Positions 38,261 through 52,265 of a stretch of 64,000 nt of DNA are shown here, piece by piece. Every line of letters starts with the position of its first letter. The stretch's first letter is position 1. The DNA is taken from NCBI GenBank assembly GCA_951406725.2, contig OX597817.1, forward strand, positions 2,542,001 through 2,606,000, written 5' to 3'. Position numbers and translations under genes: made by a program. The DNA is from Octopus vulgaris. Its lineage: Eukaryota. The notes beneath the pieces were generated by a model. That model was given only the letters and a program-made list of their open reading frames with translations. It made no database searches and was not told where the DNA came from.

Positions 38261-40817
38261 ATAAATAATATATAGATAGATATATAATATTAGGAATCCG
38301 AGTATCACTCTTCCACTCTCTCTGTCTCCTCTCTCTCTCACTCTTCTCTCTCTCCTCTTTCTCATTCCTCCCCTCTCTTGCATATACAAACACACACACA
38401 CACACACGCACGCACTAACTTTCTATTTCTCTTTCTCTCACAATATCAATAAATTATAGACTGGCGAGAGTGGATATTCTTTTGACACCCAAATATCTGA
38501 CAAACCAATTGTCACAAATTTATGAAAAGCTGTATGGAAATGAAAAATATAAATGAAATGAAACCAAGTATTGTAACGGAGACAAACAGTTTTGTAATCT
38601 AATATAGTCCACCAGCTTCGCAGCGAGATCTAATGTGTTCCTGTGAGAAATTCAGAGTGTGTTATCTTTCCACAGTTATTAATTGGTGCGAAATCGATTG
38701 AATCTATGTGGGCTAAAACTTACTGGAATAAGAAACAAGGAAGGACTGCCACAAATGATTTCGATGGCATTCCAAAACTGATCGATACTGCACTGAACTA
38801 AATGTTGCACACGTTCTGTATCTAGTCTCTGACTCAGATAAACACACACACACACACACAAAATAAACATACACGCCCACACACACACACGCACACACAT
38901 ATACTGGCACACCCACCGGTACACCCATACAGAGAGGCAAACACACACACATATACATATCTGTATACATATATGTGTGTGTATATTATATACACAGAAG
39001 TACGTACCTATATGCAATATATAGGCATGGATGTATATGTGTTCGTGTGTGTATATATCATTATATATATATACATATATACATATATACATATATACAT
39101 ATATATATAAATACATACATACATTAATACATAAATGAATGCATGCATACGTACATACATACGTACATGTGATAAATATGCTTATTGGAAGAATTTTATA
39201 TATAATATGTATATGCAAGTGTTTGTGAGTGGGTGTACATACATAATTTATATATGTGTTCCTTTGATACAGGGTGTCATTTGTGGATGAGAAGAAATTG
39301 TGATAGATACAATCAAATTTAGTAAAAGTATATTAGCGATAATATTGTTGATAATGCTACATAACTAAGAGGAATCGATTTTCACAATATGCAGTTACGA
39401 TTGGCCGTTTGCATCTTCAAAAGTTTATACTTAAACAGCATCTATTGATGATCATAAGGGTTTTCCAGTCTGATCATGAGAACTCCATGAGAAACATTTA
39501 ATTTATCTAGAGGATCAGTGAGATTCGCTTGTTTTAGCAATATGCCTTCAGGATTGTGGAACGGCTGACTTTTTTTTTTCTTCACGACATAATCTTTTAG
39601 ATAATTAGCAACATGAAATATAAGGGTGTAAAACATTACCTGATTCTCTATCATTTCTGCTAATTCACCAAACTTTTAGTAATGTAATAACATTCCAAGA
39701 ATTCCAGTGATAGCAAACATGGTAGAGGGATGATAATCAGGTTTATAGCAGTTCAAAAATGGGATTGCTTGATGTATATGTCTTTCTAAGTAGCATTAAG
39801 CAAATGTGCGAAGAACAACGTTTTGTTTTATATATATATCTTAGTTTCTTTAGATTCAATCGATAATATGCTAAAATGGAATAACTATTAGCATTGTATA
39901 GTTCATTGGTATTATTATTATTATTGTTGCAAAGCTGTCATCATCTTTGTTATTGTTTAATCCGTGGTCAATCTCGATCTTGCGATGAATGGCATTCCAG
40001 CTATATTACTCTCCACGTCCTATTATTCTCTTGGACATTGAATATCAAGGTTTACGTTATCCAATCACACTGCTATTGTTCATACGAAAAGCTAAAAGAT
40101 TTATGATAATAGAAATTAGTGCCGTTACCAATCTTTGGTTTTCTTTTACAAACTGTGTGATACAGAATCACAAAATACAACGAGACTTTCGCCTCTGCAA
40201 AATTTGAAAGTGGTTTGGTTTTCATCTGTTGTAAAGTTAGCGACTGCTCCTTGTCTCACGGTAGATAATTAGTATAGTTGTTAGTTTGCTAATAATTGTT
40301 AAATAATTACTAGCACACCTGCACCCTATGAAAATTAAACTAAATCAGTTCACCAACATGTATTTATGCTTTCAACATATATGGTCTTTCACTGGAATGA
40401 ATCTCAAAACAGACACTTCCATATTCTGAGATGTGCATGGCTGGTACCCAGCTCTATCATCTAGAATATTCTCTATTTTGAGGTGGTTTTAACTCAAGTC
40501 GTTGTAAATGGGGAAAAGGGAAAATCTTAGGTTAAATTTCTGAATAACAATACAGTGAGGTTATGATGTAACCTCTAACTTTAACGTGCTTCATTATTAT
40601 AGCCAAGTAAAATAAGTACCCTATTAGATTTTACAAGTCTTTAACAATTACAAGAATATATAGAACGAGTAGGTTTCTGAGGTTATTTCCTTAGGACCTG
40701 ACAATGAAGGCAACAAATGCGTCTATTTTCTTATAACCAATAGGCTACTTGATACATAAATCAGCGTTGCGGAAATAATGAAGAATGCATATATGTAAAT
40801 ATGGATGTGTGCGTGTG

Positions 40818-40818
40818 T

Positions 40819-40885
<67 letters not shown>

Positions 40886-40887
40886 TT

Positions 40888-40982
<95 letters not shown>

Positions 40983-41002
40983 TGATTGATTGATTGATTG
41001 AT
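40818..41002. repeat. (AGAT)n/(ATTG)n microsatellite
   Basis: Direct reading. Confidence 0.95.
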
Positions 41003-41256
41003 GGCTAGATGATGTGTGGTTGAATGGTTGGCTACATCTTACAGTCCCTTCTGTTTACATGATTTTGTTCTATTATAGATTTTAATTTGACATTATGTTC
41101 AGGTTTATAAAGCAACTTGGCAGGATTTTCACGAAACTATTCACAATATATTTGCACAAAAAATTAGAACTGCACACACACGCGCGCGCACTAACAAACA
41201 CACATATACACGCATGCATGAACGCACGTATACGCTCACGCAGGCAAAAATGTGTG

Positions 41257-41294
<38 letters not shown>

Positions 41295-44200
41295 CATATA
41301 CTGGCATACCTACTGGTACGCCCACACACAAAAGCAAGTACACGCACACGCACACACACACACACGAACGCACACGCGCGCGCTCATGTGTGCATACGTT
41401 TATCTGCATGCGTACATGTCCATGTGTCTGCGTGAGTATAGTTTCTCACAGGCTCCTTGCAAGAGGTAAATTCGCGTTTTGCTTTCTCTGTAGTGTCACA
41501 ATGTTTATTGATTGCTCGACCAATAACATTACAACTCACTTTCTCTAATAGTGAAACGAAAAAACAAAGAAACAAAACGAAAATACTTTCTTACAACTTG
41601 AAACAATAAAAGTGAGTTGGAAAAGATGTGAGAAGCTGTCGACATGTGAAGGAAAGCTACTCAAACGAAATCGACGTCTATTTTAATTTTAATTTTTATT
41701 ACCAATCAATATTGGCGGCTATTTTCGGCTGGCTCTTGGAGAACCAGAAATATTTATGACCCATTTCTCGTACAACAGTGTCTTGATAGCTCTAAAGTGA
41801 ATCCATGAAACTGTTAAAGGAAGAATATAAAACCGAGAAATCCAAAATTAATAGATGACAAATAGCGAGTGCTGAAGTGTATGGAAATTAACCCGCAGGT
41901 AATTAAACTGAGATGCTCTTACATCCAAGAGTGGATGATTAGCAAGATGTCCGAATGGTGATGGCACGTTTATTGCTATTTTATTGCACTTACCCTATTG
42001 ACACTTTTGGAAGTTGTAAGAATATCTTTACATGGTCTTCATTTCTTTTCTATAAATCTAAGGATCTGTGCCAATATATAGGAAATATAGCATAAGAATA
42101 TGTGACAATTAAGCTTTTCCTAAGATTATTAGCGGTGTAAGTGCAGCGATAAGAAACGATAATTGAAATAGGATCTCGCTGCCTTTATCTTAAATATATT
42201 AATACCAATATTCATCATAATTAGGTAAACTCGATTATTCGGAGTTCTGTCTTTTGATCAAAATTAGCCTCTCCTAGGGTTATTAGCAGTGTAAGAGGAG
42301 CGATAAGACACGATAATTAATATAGGACACGCCAGTATTTCAGTACCAACTAACATCATAATCAGGCGTGTAAAATGATGCTGATGATATAATACGGCTG
42401 ATTTTCTTGACTTTTTTAGCAATACTCTAGTTATTCAATTCTCAGAACTTTCAAATGAGAGATGTGGAATAAATGTAAATCCTTGCGTTTCTAAATATAT
42501 AGACTACCAGATAGATTGCCTACAACAAAGCGAGTCGTATTTTATCACGTGCACTCAACTGTATCCGTGTTTCCAAACGCTATGCGCCACAGCTTCTGAG
42601 AAAATGCATACGATGTGTTAATGCATACGACGTGTTAGTCTTCAGGACATCTGGGAAAATACAGACGATATGTTAGACACTGGAACGTTCCTGATTATAA
42701 ATCTCATCGATCATAACTGACTTGCGCTGAATAAAAACAATAGAAATGTCTTGTATTGACTGAGGTGCTGAGTATTGATAAGAAGTTTCAACAGATAACG
42801 TTGGTTTGCAATCATTCCCCGTAAAATACAAATCTGAAATCGAGACCAATGATACATAAAAATGTGTCTCATGGATGGGATTGATTTCCGAAAATATTGA
42901 CTTTTCATAAGGACACAGGAACAAATATTTTCAAATTGGTGTTCACTATTCAGTTGAATATGATATAGGATTGGATTATTTGATTGAAAGAATTGCATTG
43001 GCATAGATTTCATATGAAAAAGTTAAAAGACGAAACTAAATATTTTAAATTGCTTTAGTATTGTCTATTGCTGAGTTTGCTGCAGTAACGCTCTATATAC
43101 ATCAAATATTAAGTTTTATATATTTACTCGAGACTGCGGAGCTATACAGCTGAATCAATTCTAGCACATATCTGGTACTGCTTTACTGATTCCAATGGAA
43201 TGCAAGTCAAAGCAGAATCTCCAGAGAGTTAAGTAAAAGTGGAGCATCTACCGAGATGTAGAGAGTCTGAATTAAACCCTGAACTAGATTTAATCCCGTG
43301 TGCTTTCGTTTCTACCGTCCTGGCATTTGAACTCAGAAAATATCGGGAACAAACTAAAAGTACCAGTGAGCATTATAACCTGCTTCTTTACGTTTTCAAT
43401 TGAGTTTTTAAGAAATAAGCTTTACATTCATGAGGCTTCGTGTTCGACCCCGCGCCGAGTGTCTTTTGTCATAACTTTGTGTCGATCCAAACTTTGTGAA
43501 TGAAACTGAGTAGACGAAAACAGTGCGGTAATCTGTCGGAAGAACTTTGTATGCAATTCAGAGGTTCAGCTTTGACACATATTGTACTATGTTGATTCTG
43601 CCTGAGAATTACGTTAAAAACACACGTCTCTGGTATTCTCAGCCATATACATGTTAATTCAACCAGTAGGTGGTTCAGTTTATCTAATAAACGAATACTC
43701 ACGATCGAATCCAGCGAAGAATGCATAACGTTTCTAATCTTTTCTACTGCTTAAGTATCCAGTATATATGTATATATTTAAGACCGTAAATTATGGGGAT
43801 ACGATCAATGAATTATACTTATCTCAGTTCTAGACCGGTACTTCGTGTTAATCAGGAAGGTTAAGATAACAAACGCACTTCTACCAAGATCTGAACTCAG
43901 AACATAAAACTATGTATATTACTTCAACCGGAAGACATTTTAATCCAGTGTTATTCCTATTCTGTTACCTAATGCCATTTAACTATCCAAGATATTAATT
44001 TATAATAGAGGCATACGTCTACACACTTTGCAGAGGAATACAAAGCTGATAACATTGACCTCAGCACTTTATTTTGAAGATGCGTGTTGAGCTACACGAT
44101 CACAAGCACTGAGATCGATATCTGGACAAGATGGCACTTTGTGCCGTCCAGTGCGGTTCCTCACTTAAGTTTCTCGAGTTTGTGCCAAATATGACATCCT

Positions 44201-44489
44201 TGATGTTCCGCTGGGTCAAGGGTGGAAAGCCAAGACGGTGATAATGTTGCTTCGCGATTAAATAAGGTAACTAACACAAATAGCAAAAACGCGGTACATG
44301 CAACTAGCTTATACTCATCAGCGAGTGTCAGCTATGGAGTTTTTGTGCTCGACTAATATTTTACATTATCAATTAAAGCTAATCACGCCGTCAAAATAAG
44401 CATGCAAAGTCAATCAAGCTGTCAAAATTAGAACGTAAAATGTAAAATATGAGTGTAACTAGATAATGTAAAACGATAGAGCTGGCTAC

Positions 44490-44674
<185 letters not shown>

Positions 44675-45186
44675 ACTCTTTACATCTAACTCTTTACATG
44701 TATTGAACATAATAAAACTCAAGAATTAAATATATAATTTGGTTCAGGTTTTCTAGTTAATGTTTGTCGTATTTCTGTAATTAAACGTCATGAAATAAAT
44801 CTAAATACTTAGTGCTTCCGGAAGAGCATAAATTATCGATTCAGGCTTCTAACCTGAACTAAATACTGAAAAATACTTTATCATTTCCAATTCGCATCAG
44901 CAAACAAATAAATCTAAATCTCTTGCCTGGAGAAGAAATCATTTTCTTCTGTATTTACATGACTTCACATCCACTTTCACAATAGCGTTCCTATTATATA
45001 TAGATTGTTAATTGGTAAGAGATAGATAGAGAAGCAGATATTTTCGTACATGTACGAAGCATGACTGCAAATCGCTGAAGGGCACATGGTAATAATTGCA
45101 TCGATTTCAGCAACAGGTTTCAGATTAAAATATCCATTACTTCATGATAGGAATATGTGCCGGTGGTCTGTGTGCGTGCAGTGTGT

Positions 45187-45225
<39 letters not shown>

Positions 45226-46129
45226 TTAATATGTATCTACAAACATGTTTGTATGCTTGTGTGATCGTACGTGCATGTCTATGCGTGTGTGTGTGTTTAT
45301 GTATGTACGTATGTACATACATAAAAACTACATATACATATATATACACACAAACATTGTTATCCAATATAAGTCTGAAAGAAAACAGGCAATCGTATAT
45401 TAGTAATAAAGTTGGTATATTATTTTTACACTTTTACATATTTGCCAGCCGGTTCATAGTATCGAACAGTGCCGTATTAATGAATCTCCCAAGTATGGAA
45501 AGGTAAATTATGTTTCATGAATAGCTGAACGGAAGATTATAGCTTAAGTGGAAGTTGGAAAACACTAAATCTAGTTTATGAGTGATAGATACATTAAAAG
45601 TAAACGAACGAAAACAGGTATAAAAAAACGAAGCTGGCCTTTAAGCCTATTAGAGTTCTGTTTGCTGAACTGGTCTTTTTAGTGAATTGTATTGCATGCC
45701 AGCTTTCAAGTAGTAAACGTTCTGCTCGATTTTTTGGTACACGTAATAATGAAATGAGGTGAAGAAAGTAGGTCACTGGGAAGAAGGACATCTTCAATAT
45801 AATTCATTTCTCCGCGAAACAAACTATGCATCTCTTACTGCCACAGAGGTAAGAACTGCACTTTTCCGTTAATCTTCAGTAAGTGTTAATACTCACGTCT
45901 CACCAACGTTGTGACATTACGTCTCAGGTGAATTTCAAAAGAAGATTTGCGATTATCTGAACTTGACGAGGTCTCCCATTACACGCACATTTCTTTGTAC
46001 TTGCGTCGTCCTGCCAGGATCTTTCGGTACTACCTCCGCTTCATACGCGTTGGCCTCTTTCTTACAGTTTTAGTGACCGTTTAGTGGGCTTGTGGTGGAA
46101 TTGTTGCATAACTATTATCAAGAAGTGGC

Positions 46130-46280
46130 TTCAAACAAAAAATAGAAAAGGAAAAAATATCAACTAGGTGAAAAAGTCTTTTACGTTTCGAGCCTACGCT
46201 GTTCAACAGAAAGGAACACAGAAATAAGCAGAGAGGGAAAATAAAAACGGTTTAGTGGCTAGCGATCAATCATCGCGAAG
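46130..46280 (-). mobile_element. Solo Penelope pLTR fragment with hammerhead-like motif
   Basis: cctttCTGTTGA-A-CAGC-gtag-GCTC-GAAA-CG-TA-aaag; homologous to the 23525 and 29333 copies. Confidence 0.72.
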
Positions 46281-46297
46281 GCCGGATAGAGGTGGTG

Positions 46298-46331
<34 letters not shown>

Positions 46332-46915
46332 TGTATGTATGTATGTATGTATGCATGTATATAAAAAAATATATATATATATAGACATAGATACATACAT
46401 GAATGTGTATATGTGTATGTATGTATATATATATAAATATATGTGAGTATGTGTTTGTGTACTACGTGAGACTAATATATAGGTAAACTAATAACGATAC
46501 CAAGTAAGCGGATGAAGTTATTAAGAAACAAGTCTATAAGTAAAGCATAAAATAAAATACATTAACTATGTGAATGAAACCTTGTTGCTGCCATAAATTT
46601 TATTACTTTATCTGTGAGCACATTCGTCTTACAACACATTGTCAGACAGAAGAATTGTATTTGCATCGATTATCCACGAATCGTAAACATGATATTACGT
46701 AAGTTTATTGCTTGGGAAACCGAATATGTGTCTTCGACTATACAACTTATATTATTGCCGTATTTTTTTAAGTTAGTTTCTATTTTATATATAAACTTTT
46801 CCTCTGGAAGCCAAAAGTTTACTTCATTTGAGAGTCACGCCAAAATTTGCGTTTGCCATATGAATCTACGGCGCCTTCAGACTCTCCACAAAAACAACGA
46901 CTTATACATATATAT

Positions 46916-47290
46916 ATAACAAATTAATAAATAAAACATATGCATAAATACATACATATATGTACGTACCTACCTCTACATGTATATATACATGCATATA
47001 TGGGTACAGGACACCAAAAAAACGTCGAACACAATGAGGAACGAAAACATAAACACAAAACCAGGGAAATGGACATTTTTCTTAAACAACGAAAAAATAG
47101 AGTACAGGACTTCGTTCTTTAAGAAAAATGTCCAGTTCCCTGGTTTTGTGTTTATGTTTTCGTTCCTCATTCTGTTCGACGTTTTTTTGGTGTCCTGTAC
47201 CCATATATGCATGTATATATACACGTAGAGGTAGGTACGTACATATATGTATGTATATATATGCATATGTTTTATTTATTAATTTGTTAT
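46916..47290. repeat. Long inverted repeat, about 178-bp arms with about 17-nt spacer
   Basis: 46916-47093 pairs with 47111-47290 with few mismatches; the ORF track shows mirrored peptides on both strands. Confidence 0.95.
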
Positions 47291-47338
47291 TATTCGACAG
47301 AATGCATGCATCCATTTCTAAGTAAGTTTGTTCTTAAC

Positions 47339-47423
<85 letters not shown>

Positions 47424-48091
47424 TCCATCAGCAGAAGGCGGAAGTGTGGAGGAAAGTTTGGCTCAATCAGAAAGAGAGTAGACAGGTATCCACACAGAAT
47501 TTGCCTGTCCACAATTCGTGACGTTGAGGATTTCTCGGTTTTATATTCTTCTTTTAACTGTTTCATGTATCTACTTTAGAGCTATCAAGTCGCTGTTGTA
47601 CGAGAAATGGGTCATAAATATTTCTGATTCAAGAACCAACCTGCCTCATTGCTACGGGCGATGATGCTGCACACGTACAAATAAAAAAAATGTTTTTCAG
47701 GATTATATTTATAGAGAAGATACATAAAATCAATGGCTAAGAATGAATCTAAACCAGCTTCAGTTACTAAAGAAAACACAGGCTGCTTTTCAAAGAGTTT
47801 TGAACTTACTCTCTACGATGGCTACTTTCTAAGATAAAATGTTCTGTAGCTTGATTTAACTATAGAAACACATCGATATGCCTACATAATGGAAAATGGT
47901 TTCCGTAGATGTTTCTGTACAAAGCACGAGTAATACTAGTATATGGTATTTATATGATCTACACCGGACTCAGTGATAGCATATTAAAGCTCAATATACA
48001 CTGCAGGGAGATATGACTAATTTAACACTGCTGTTCAGTTCATGTATATATACATCAAATGCAGAAGAATCGGCATTATATTCGTAAAAAT

Positions 48092-48312
48092 CAAGGTGGC
48101 GAACTGGCAGAATCGTTAGTTAGTACACCGGGGAAAATGCTTAGCAATATTTCGCCCGTCGCTACGTTCTGGGTTCAAATTTTGCCGATGTCTACTTTGT
48201 CTTTGATCTTTTCGGGGTCGATAAATTATGTACCAATTGCGTACTGAGTTCGATCTAATCGGCTGGTCCCTTCCCCAAAATTTCAGACCTTGTGCCTATG
48301 GTAGAAAGGATT
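48092..48312 (+). mobile_element. SINE (9062 family)
   Basis: AAGGTGGCGAACTGGCAGAATCGTTAG...GGGTTCAAAT...CGGGGTCGATAAATT. Confidence 0.8.
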
Positions 48313-48455
48313 ATATTCGTAAAATAATGATCATTAAAATTTAAATATAAAACCCCAGAGTAATCTACTGTCGTAAAAAAAAAAAAACCCAAAAAAACAT
48401 TCTTATAAGTTCTCATAGTGAAATTCAAATATTGGATAATCCTTCTTAGGAACAA

Positions 48456-49606
48456 CTAGCAGTATCGCCCGGCGTTGCTCAGGTTTGTAAGGGAAATAAC
48501 TATAAAGCATTTTTAGAGAGTTATAGCCAAAAAATAGCAAAAAAATGGAAAAAAAATGATGGTAAATTTTTTTGAGAGTTAAAACAGGTGGAGTTGCGTC
48601 CCCTAGACGGTCTGTGGTTTGGGTTTCTCATTCTCGACCCCATGTCGAATTTATCGATTTTTTCAGAACTGGGGGAACTTTTCAAAATTTTCGCTGCGTT
48701 AGTTTTGAATTATGACATTGGGCTATGTGTGTGTCAAGTTTCATCAGAATCGGTTGAAAGCCGTGGTCAGAGTGAGGGTACGAGAAAACAGACACACAGA
48801 AACACGCACAGACAAACTGCCGTTTATATAGAGAGAGATAGCAGTATCGCCCGGCGTTGCTCAGGTTTGTAAGGGAAATAACTATAAAGCATTTTTAGAG
48901 AGTTATAGCCAAAAAATAGCAAAAAAATGGAAAAAAAATGATGGTAAATTTTTTTTGAGAGTTAAAACAGGTGGAGTTGCGTCCCCTAGACGGTCTGTGG
49001 TTTGGGTTTCTCATTCTCGACCCCATGTCGAATTTATCGATTTTTTTCAGAACTGGGGGAACTTTTCAAAATTTTCGCTGCGTTAGTTTTGAATTATGAC
49101 ATTGGGCTATGTGTGTGTCAAGTTTCATCAGAATCGGTTGAAAGCCGTGGTCAGAGTGAGGGTACGAGAAAACAGACACACAGAAACACGCACAGACAAA
49201 CTGCCGTTTATATAGAGAGAGATAGCAGTATCGCCCGGCGTTGCTCAGGTTTGTAAGGGAAATAACTATAAAGCATTTTTAGAGAGTTATAGCCAAAAAA
49301 TAGCAAAAAAATGGAAAAAAAATGATGGTAAATTTTTTTTGAGAGTTAAAACAGGTGGAGTTGCGTCCCCTAGACGGTCTGTGGTTTGGGTTTCTCATTC
49401 TCGACCCCATGTCGAATTTATCGATTTTTTTCAGAACTGGGGGAACTTTTCAAAATTTTCGCTGCGTTAGTTTTGAATTATGACATTGGGCTATGTGTGT
49501 GTCAAGTTTCATCAGAATCGGTTGAAAGCCGTGGTCAGAGTGAGGGTACGAGAAAACAGACACACAGAAACACGCACAGACAAACTGCCGTTTATATAGA
49601 GAGAGA
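48456..49606 (-). mobile_element. Three head-to-tail copies (382-384 bp) of a non-autonomous Helitron
   Basis: Minus strand: A|TC 5' start, GC-rich imperfect hairpin cctgagcaacgccggg, CTAG|T 3' end, no TSD; units begin at 48456, 48839 and 49223 and differ only in T-run length. Confidence 0.92.
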
Positions 49607-50527
49607 TAACAATTATTCGCCGGTAGCTATACGCAATCTTCACCATGTTACAGAACTAACAAACTTCATAACATAATGTATGACAACCATTTTAGTAACA
49701 TCCTGTACTACCCAATGTACCATTCGCTTTGTTCTAACTTAGGGCATTGCATCGTATAAAAAACTTTAAGTAGCGACATAAATAACCTTCAGTTTCAAGC
49801 ACGAACGAATACGCAGAAGCACACATACACTAGACAAAAGAGACGGTGACGCCCTTGGAACTCTAAAACAACCGAAAATGTAGATTGCCATCTTTCTGTG
49901 TAATACGTTGCACAGATGATTAACAGCTGCCCAAATATGTCATGAAGATAGTACCGCCTATGCGACCGTATAGGACGGAAATAATATACAATGCCATTAG
50001 AAAAAATGATTGTCCTGAAATAAACATAGAGAATTCCTTTGTTATTGAACACATACAAACATCAACACAAGGAATACTGTGTCAAGTGCAAACTTAAAAT
50101 CTGTCAAGTGCAAGCTTAACAGGCCGGATATTGTTGTTTTGGCATGTTGTTAATGAGAGCGGAGCCAATTGAGGTGAAATAGTGATACGAGCATTATGTT
50201 TGTAGAGGACGGGTGGCACGGGGACCAAGCCTAGAGTGAAGTTTAAAGTTGATACCAACATCAGTTGAGCAATGCTGATGGAGTATTTTCCATGTCATAC
50301 AAATGGTATGGCGCTCACGGCAGTGTGGGATGGAATAAAGATTTTAGATTCTCAATACTATCCTAACAATCGAGACCTGTCATGTCGTTTTATTTAGAAT
50401 CGCTTAAGATTGGATCGTTTGATGCTATTAAATTCATGTATGTGTGTGTATGCGTGAGTGCGCGTGTTTATACGTACACACACAGCCAGACACACACACA
50501 TATACATTATATACTTTATTTATACAC

Positions 50528-50730
50528 GTGGAGGCGCATGGCCTAGTGGTTAGAGCAGCGGAATTGCGGTCGAAGGTTCGCGGGTTCGAATCTCAGACCG
50601 GGCGATGTGTGTGTTTATGAGTGTGTTTATTACCGGCAGAAGGTAATGGCGAAATTCTGCTGTCTTTTTCGCCACAACTTTCTCTCACTCTTTCCTGTCA
50701 TCCCGTCCTGGTGGGGACCCTATACTCCAA
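50528..50730 (+). mobile_element. tRNA-derived SINE with well-preserved A/B boxes
   Basis: GGCGCATGGCCTAGTGGTTAGAGC...GGGTTCGAATCTC followed by non-tRNA body. Confidence 0.75.
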
Positions 50731-51058
50731 GGAACAAACAACAGTTCTTTCTAAAAGATGAAACAAACATTTAAACACAAGGCACCTAATGATTCATGTG
50801 AAGAAATCGTCCCAATTGTACAAGAGTATCATATGAATACTAGTTCCAACATTGACCAGTTGATTGTGAAGGTCTCTTCACCTAGAACCATTGGTTGCCT
50901 TGTTAAAACATAAAGAGTGAATATTGGCCGCCAATGAGGCATTGTGCAGCTATTCTTACTGGTAGATATTAGTGTATATACATATAAATATACTCATACA
51001 CACACACAAGCACGTACACACGTACGTACATACATATATACATACATAAATATAGACA

Positions 51059-51099
<41 letters not shown>

Positions 51100-51926
51100 T
51101 TCAGTTTACTTCAAGAATTTTTTGCCAGTAGAAAAAGTGTTGATTTCTAAACTAGATGCAAGGCTGCTTCATTGGAATCTCAACAACGAGGACAGATCAT
51201 TTTGTTTGTATGTATGTATACGTACAGATTTGTATGTTTTATTTTATGCATATAGTTGCATATCAAGACGTGCTCATATATAGTTATTACCTGTCTGTCT
51301 GTCTATCTATCTGTATGTATGTATGTATGTTTGTATGTACAAACATAATACAGTGGCATAATACACAATTCATAAGGAAGCAGCAATGAACTTTAAAGAC
51401 TGGAAGAGTTGAATACTCGGGTGATAATGCTTCAATTTCACTGACCCTAAAAGTAATCGCAATGTCTTTCAATTTATCAGAAGTACAAGTCTGTCTGGTG
51501 ATGAGTTACAGCATAAAACTATTCCCGAAATAAATAATATAAGCTAAACGAACAATAAGATATATAATTTTATTGTTTGTTATCCATTTTTCAGTTCACT
51601 ATTTTCTAGGCCTGCTTATTATTATTTCTGTTACAAATCGATCCGAGCTCTCATTAGAATACACATAACAATGCCGACTTGCTTCCCAAACTGTAGAAAT
51701 ATTTAGAATGAGATACGCTATTGCAGTCTGTTATGAATATTTGTTGTTGTTGTTGTATGTGTGTGTGTGCGTGTGAGTGAGTGTGTGTGTGGTCATAAAG
51801 GCAATGTCCATAATATATATTTGTTTTCAAAACAATATCTGACGTATTTCGGTGAGAATTTAAAACAAATTTGTTATAAGTGTTACTATATGTATGTGTG
51901 CGTGTGTGTGTGCGTGTGTGCGTGCG

Positions 51927-51972
<46 letters not shown>

Positions 51973-52091
51973 CGAGAGAGAGTGAGAGTATGCGTGTTTG
52001 TGTATGTGGTGTGTATGTATACATATATGTACCTGTACATATATTACAAAGTTAAGGAGTGAGTGAAAGATACATAACTTCAGAGTCTTGA

Positions 52092-52153
<62 letters not shown>

Positions 52154-52182
52154 TGTATATATATATATATATACATGCATAT

Positions 52183-52265
<83 letters not shown>

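Noticed and set aside
48588-49676. Tandem three-gene family suggested by repeated ORFs
   Set aside because: The ORFs are antisense read-through of identical mini-Helitron units.
50531-50605. Functional tRNA gene
   Set aside because: A and B boxes are good, but acceptor and T stems pair poorly and the sequence runs into a SINE body.
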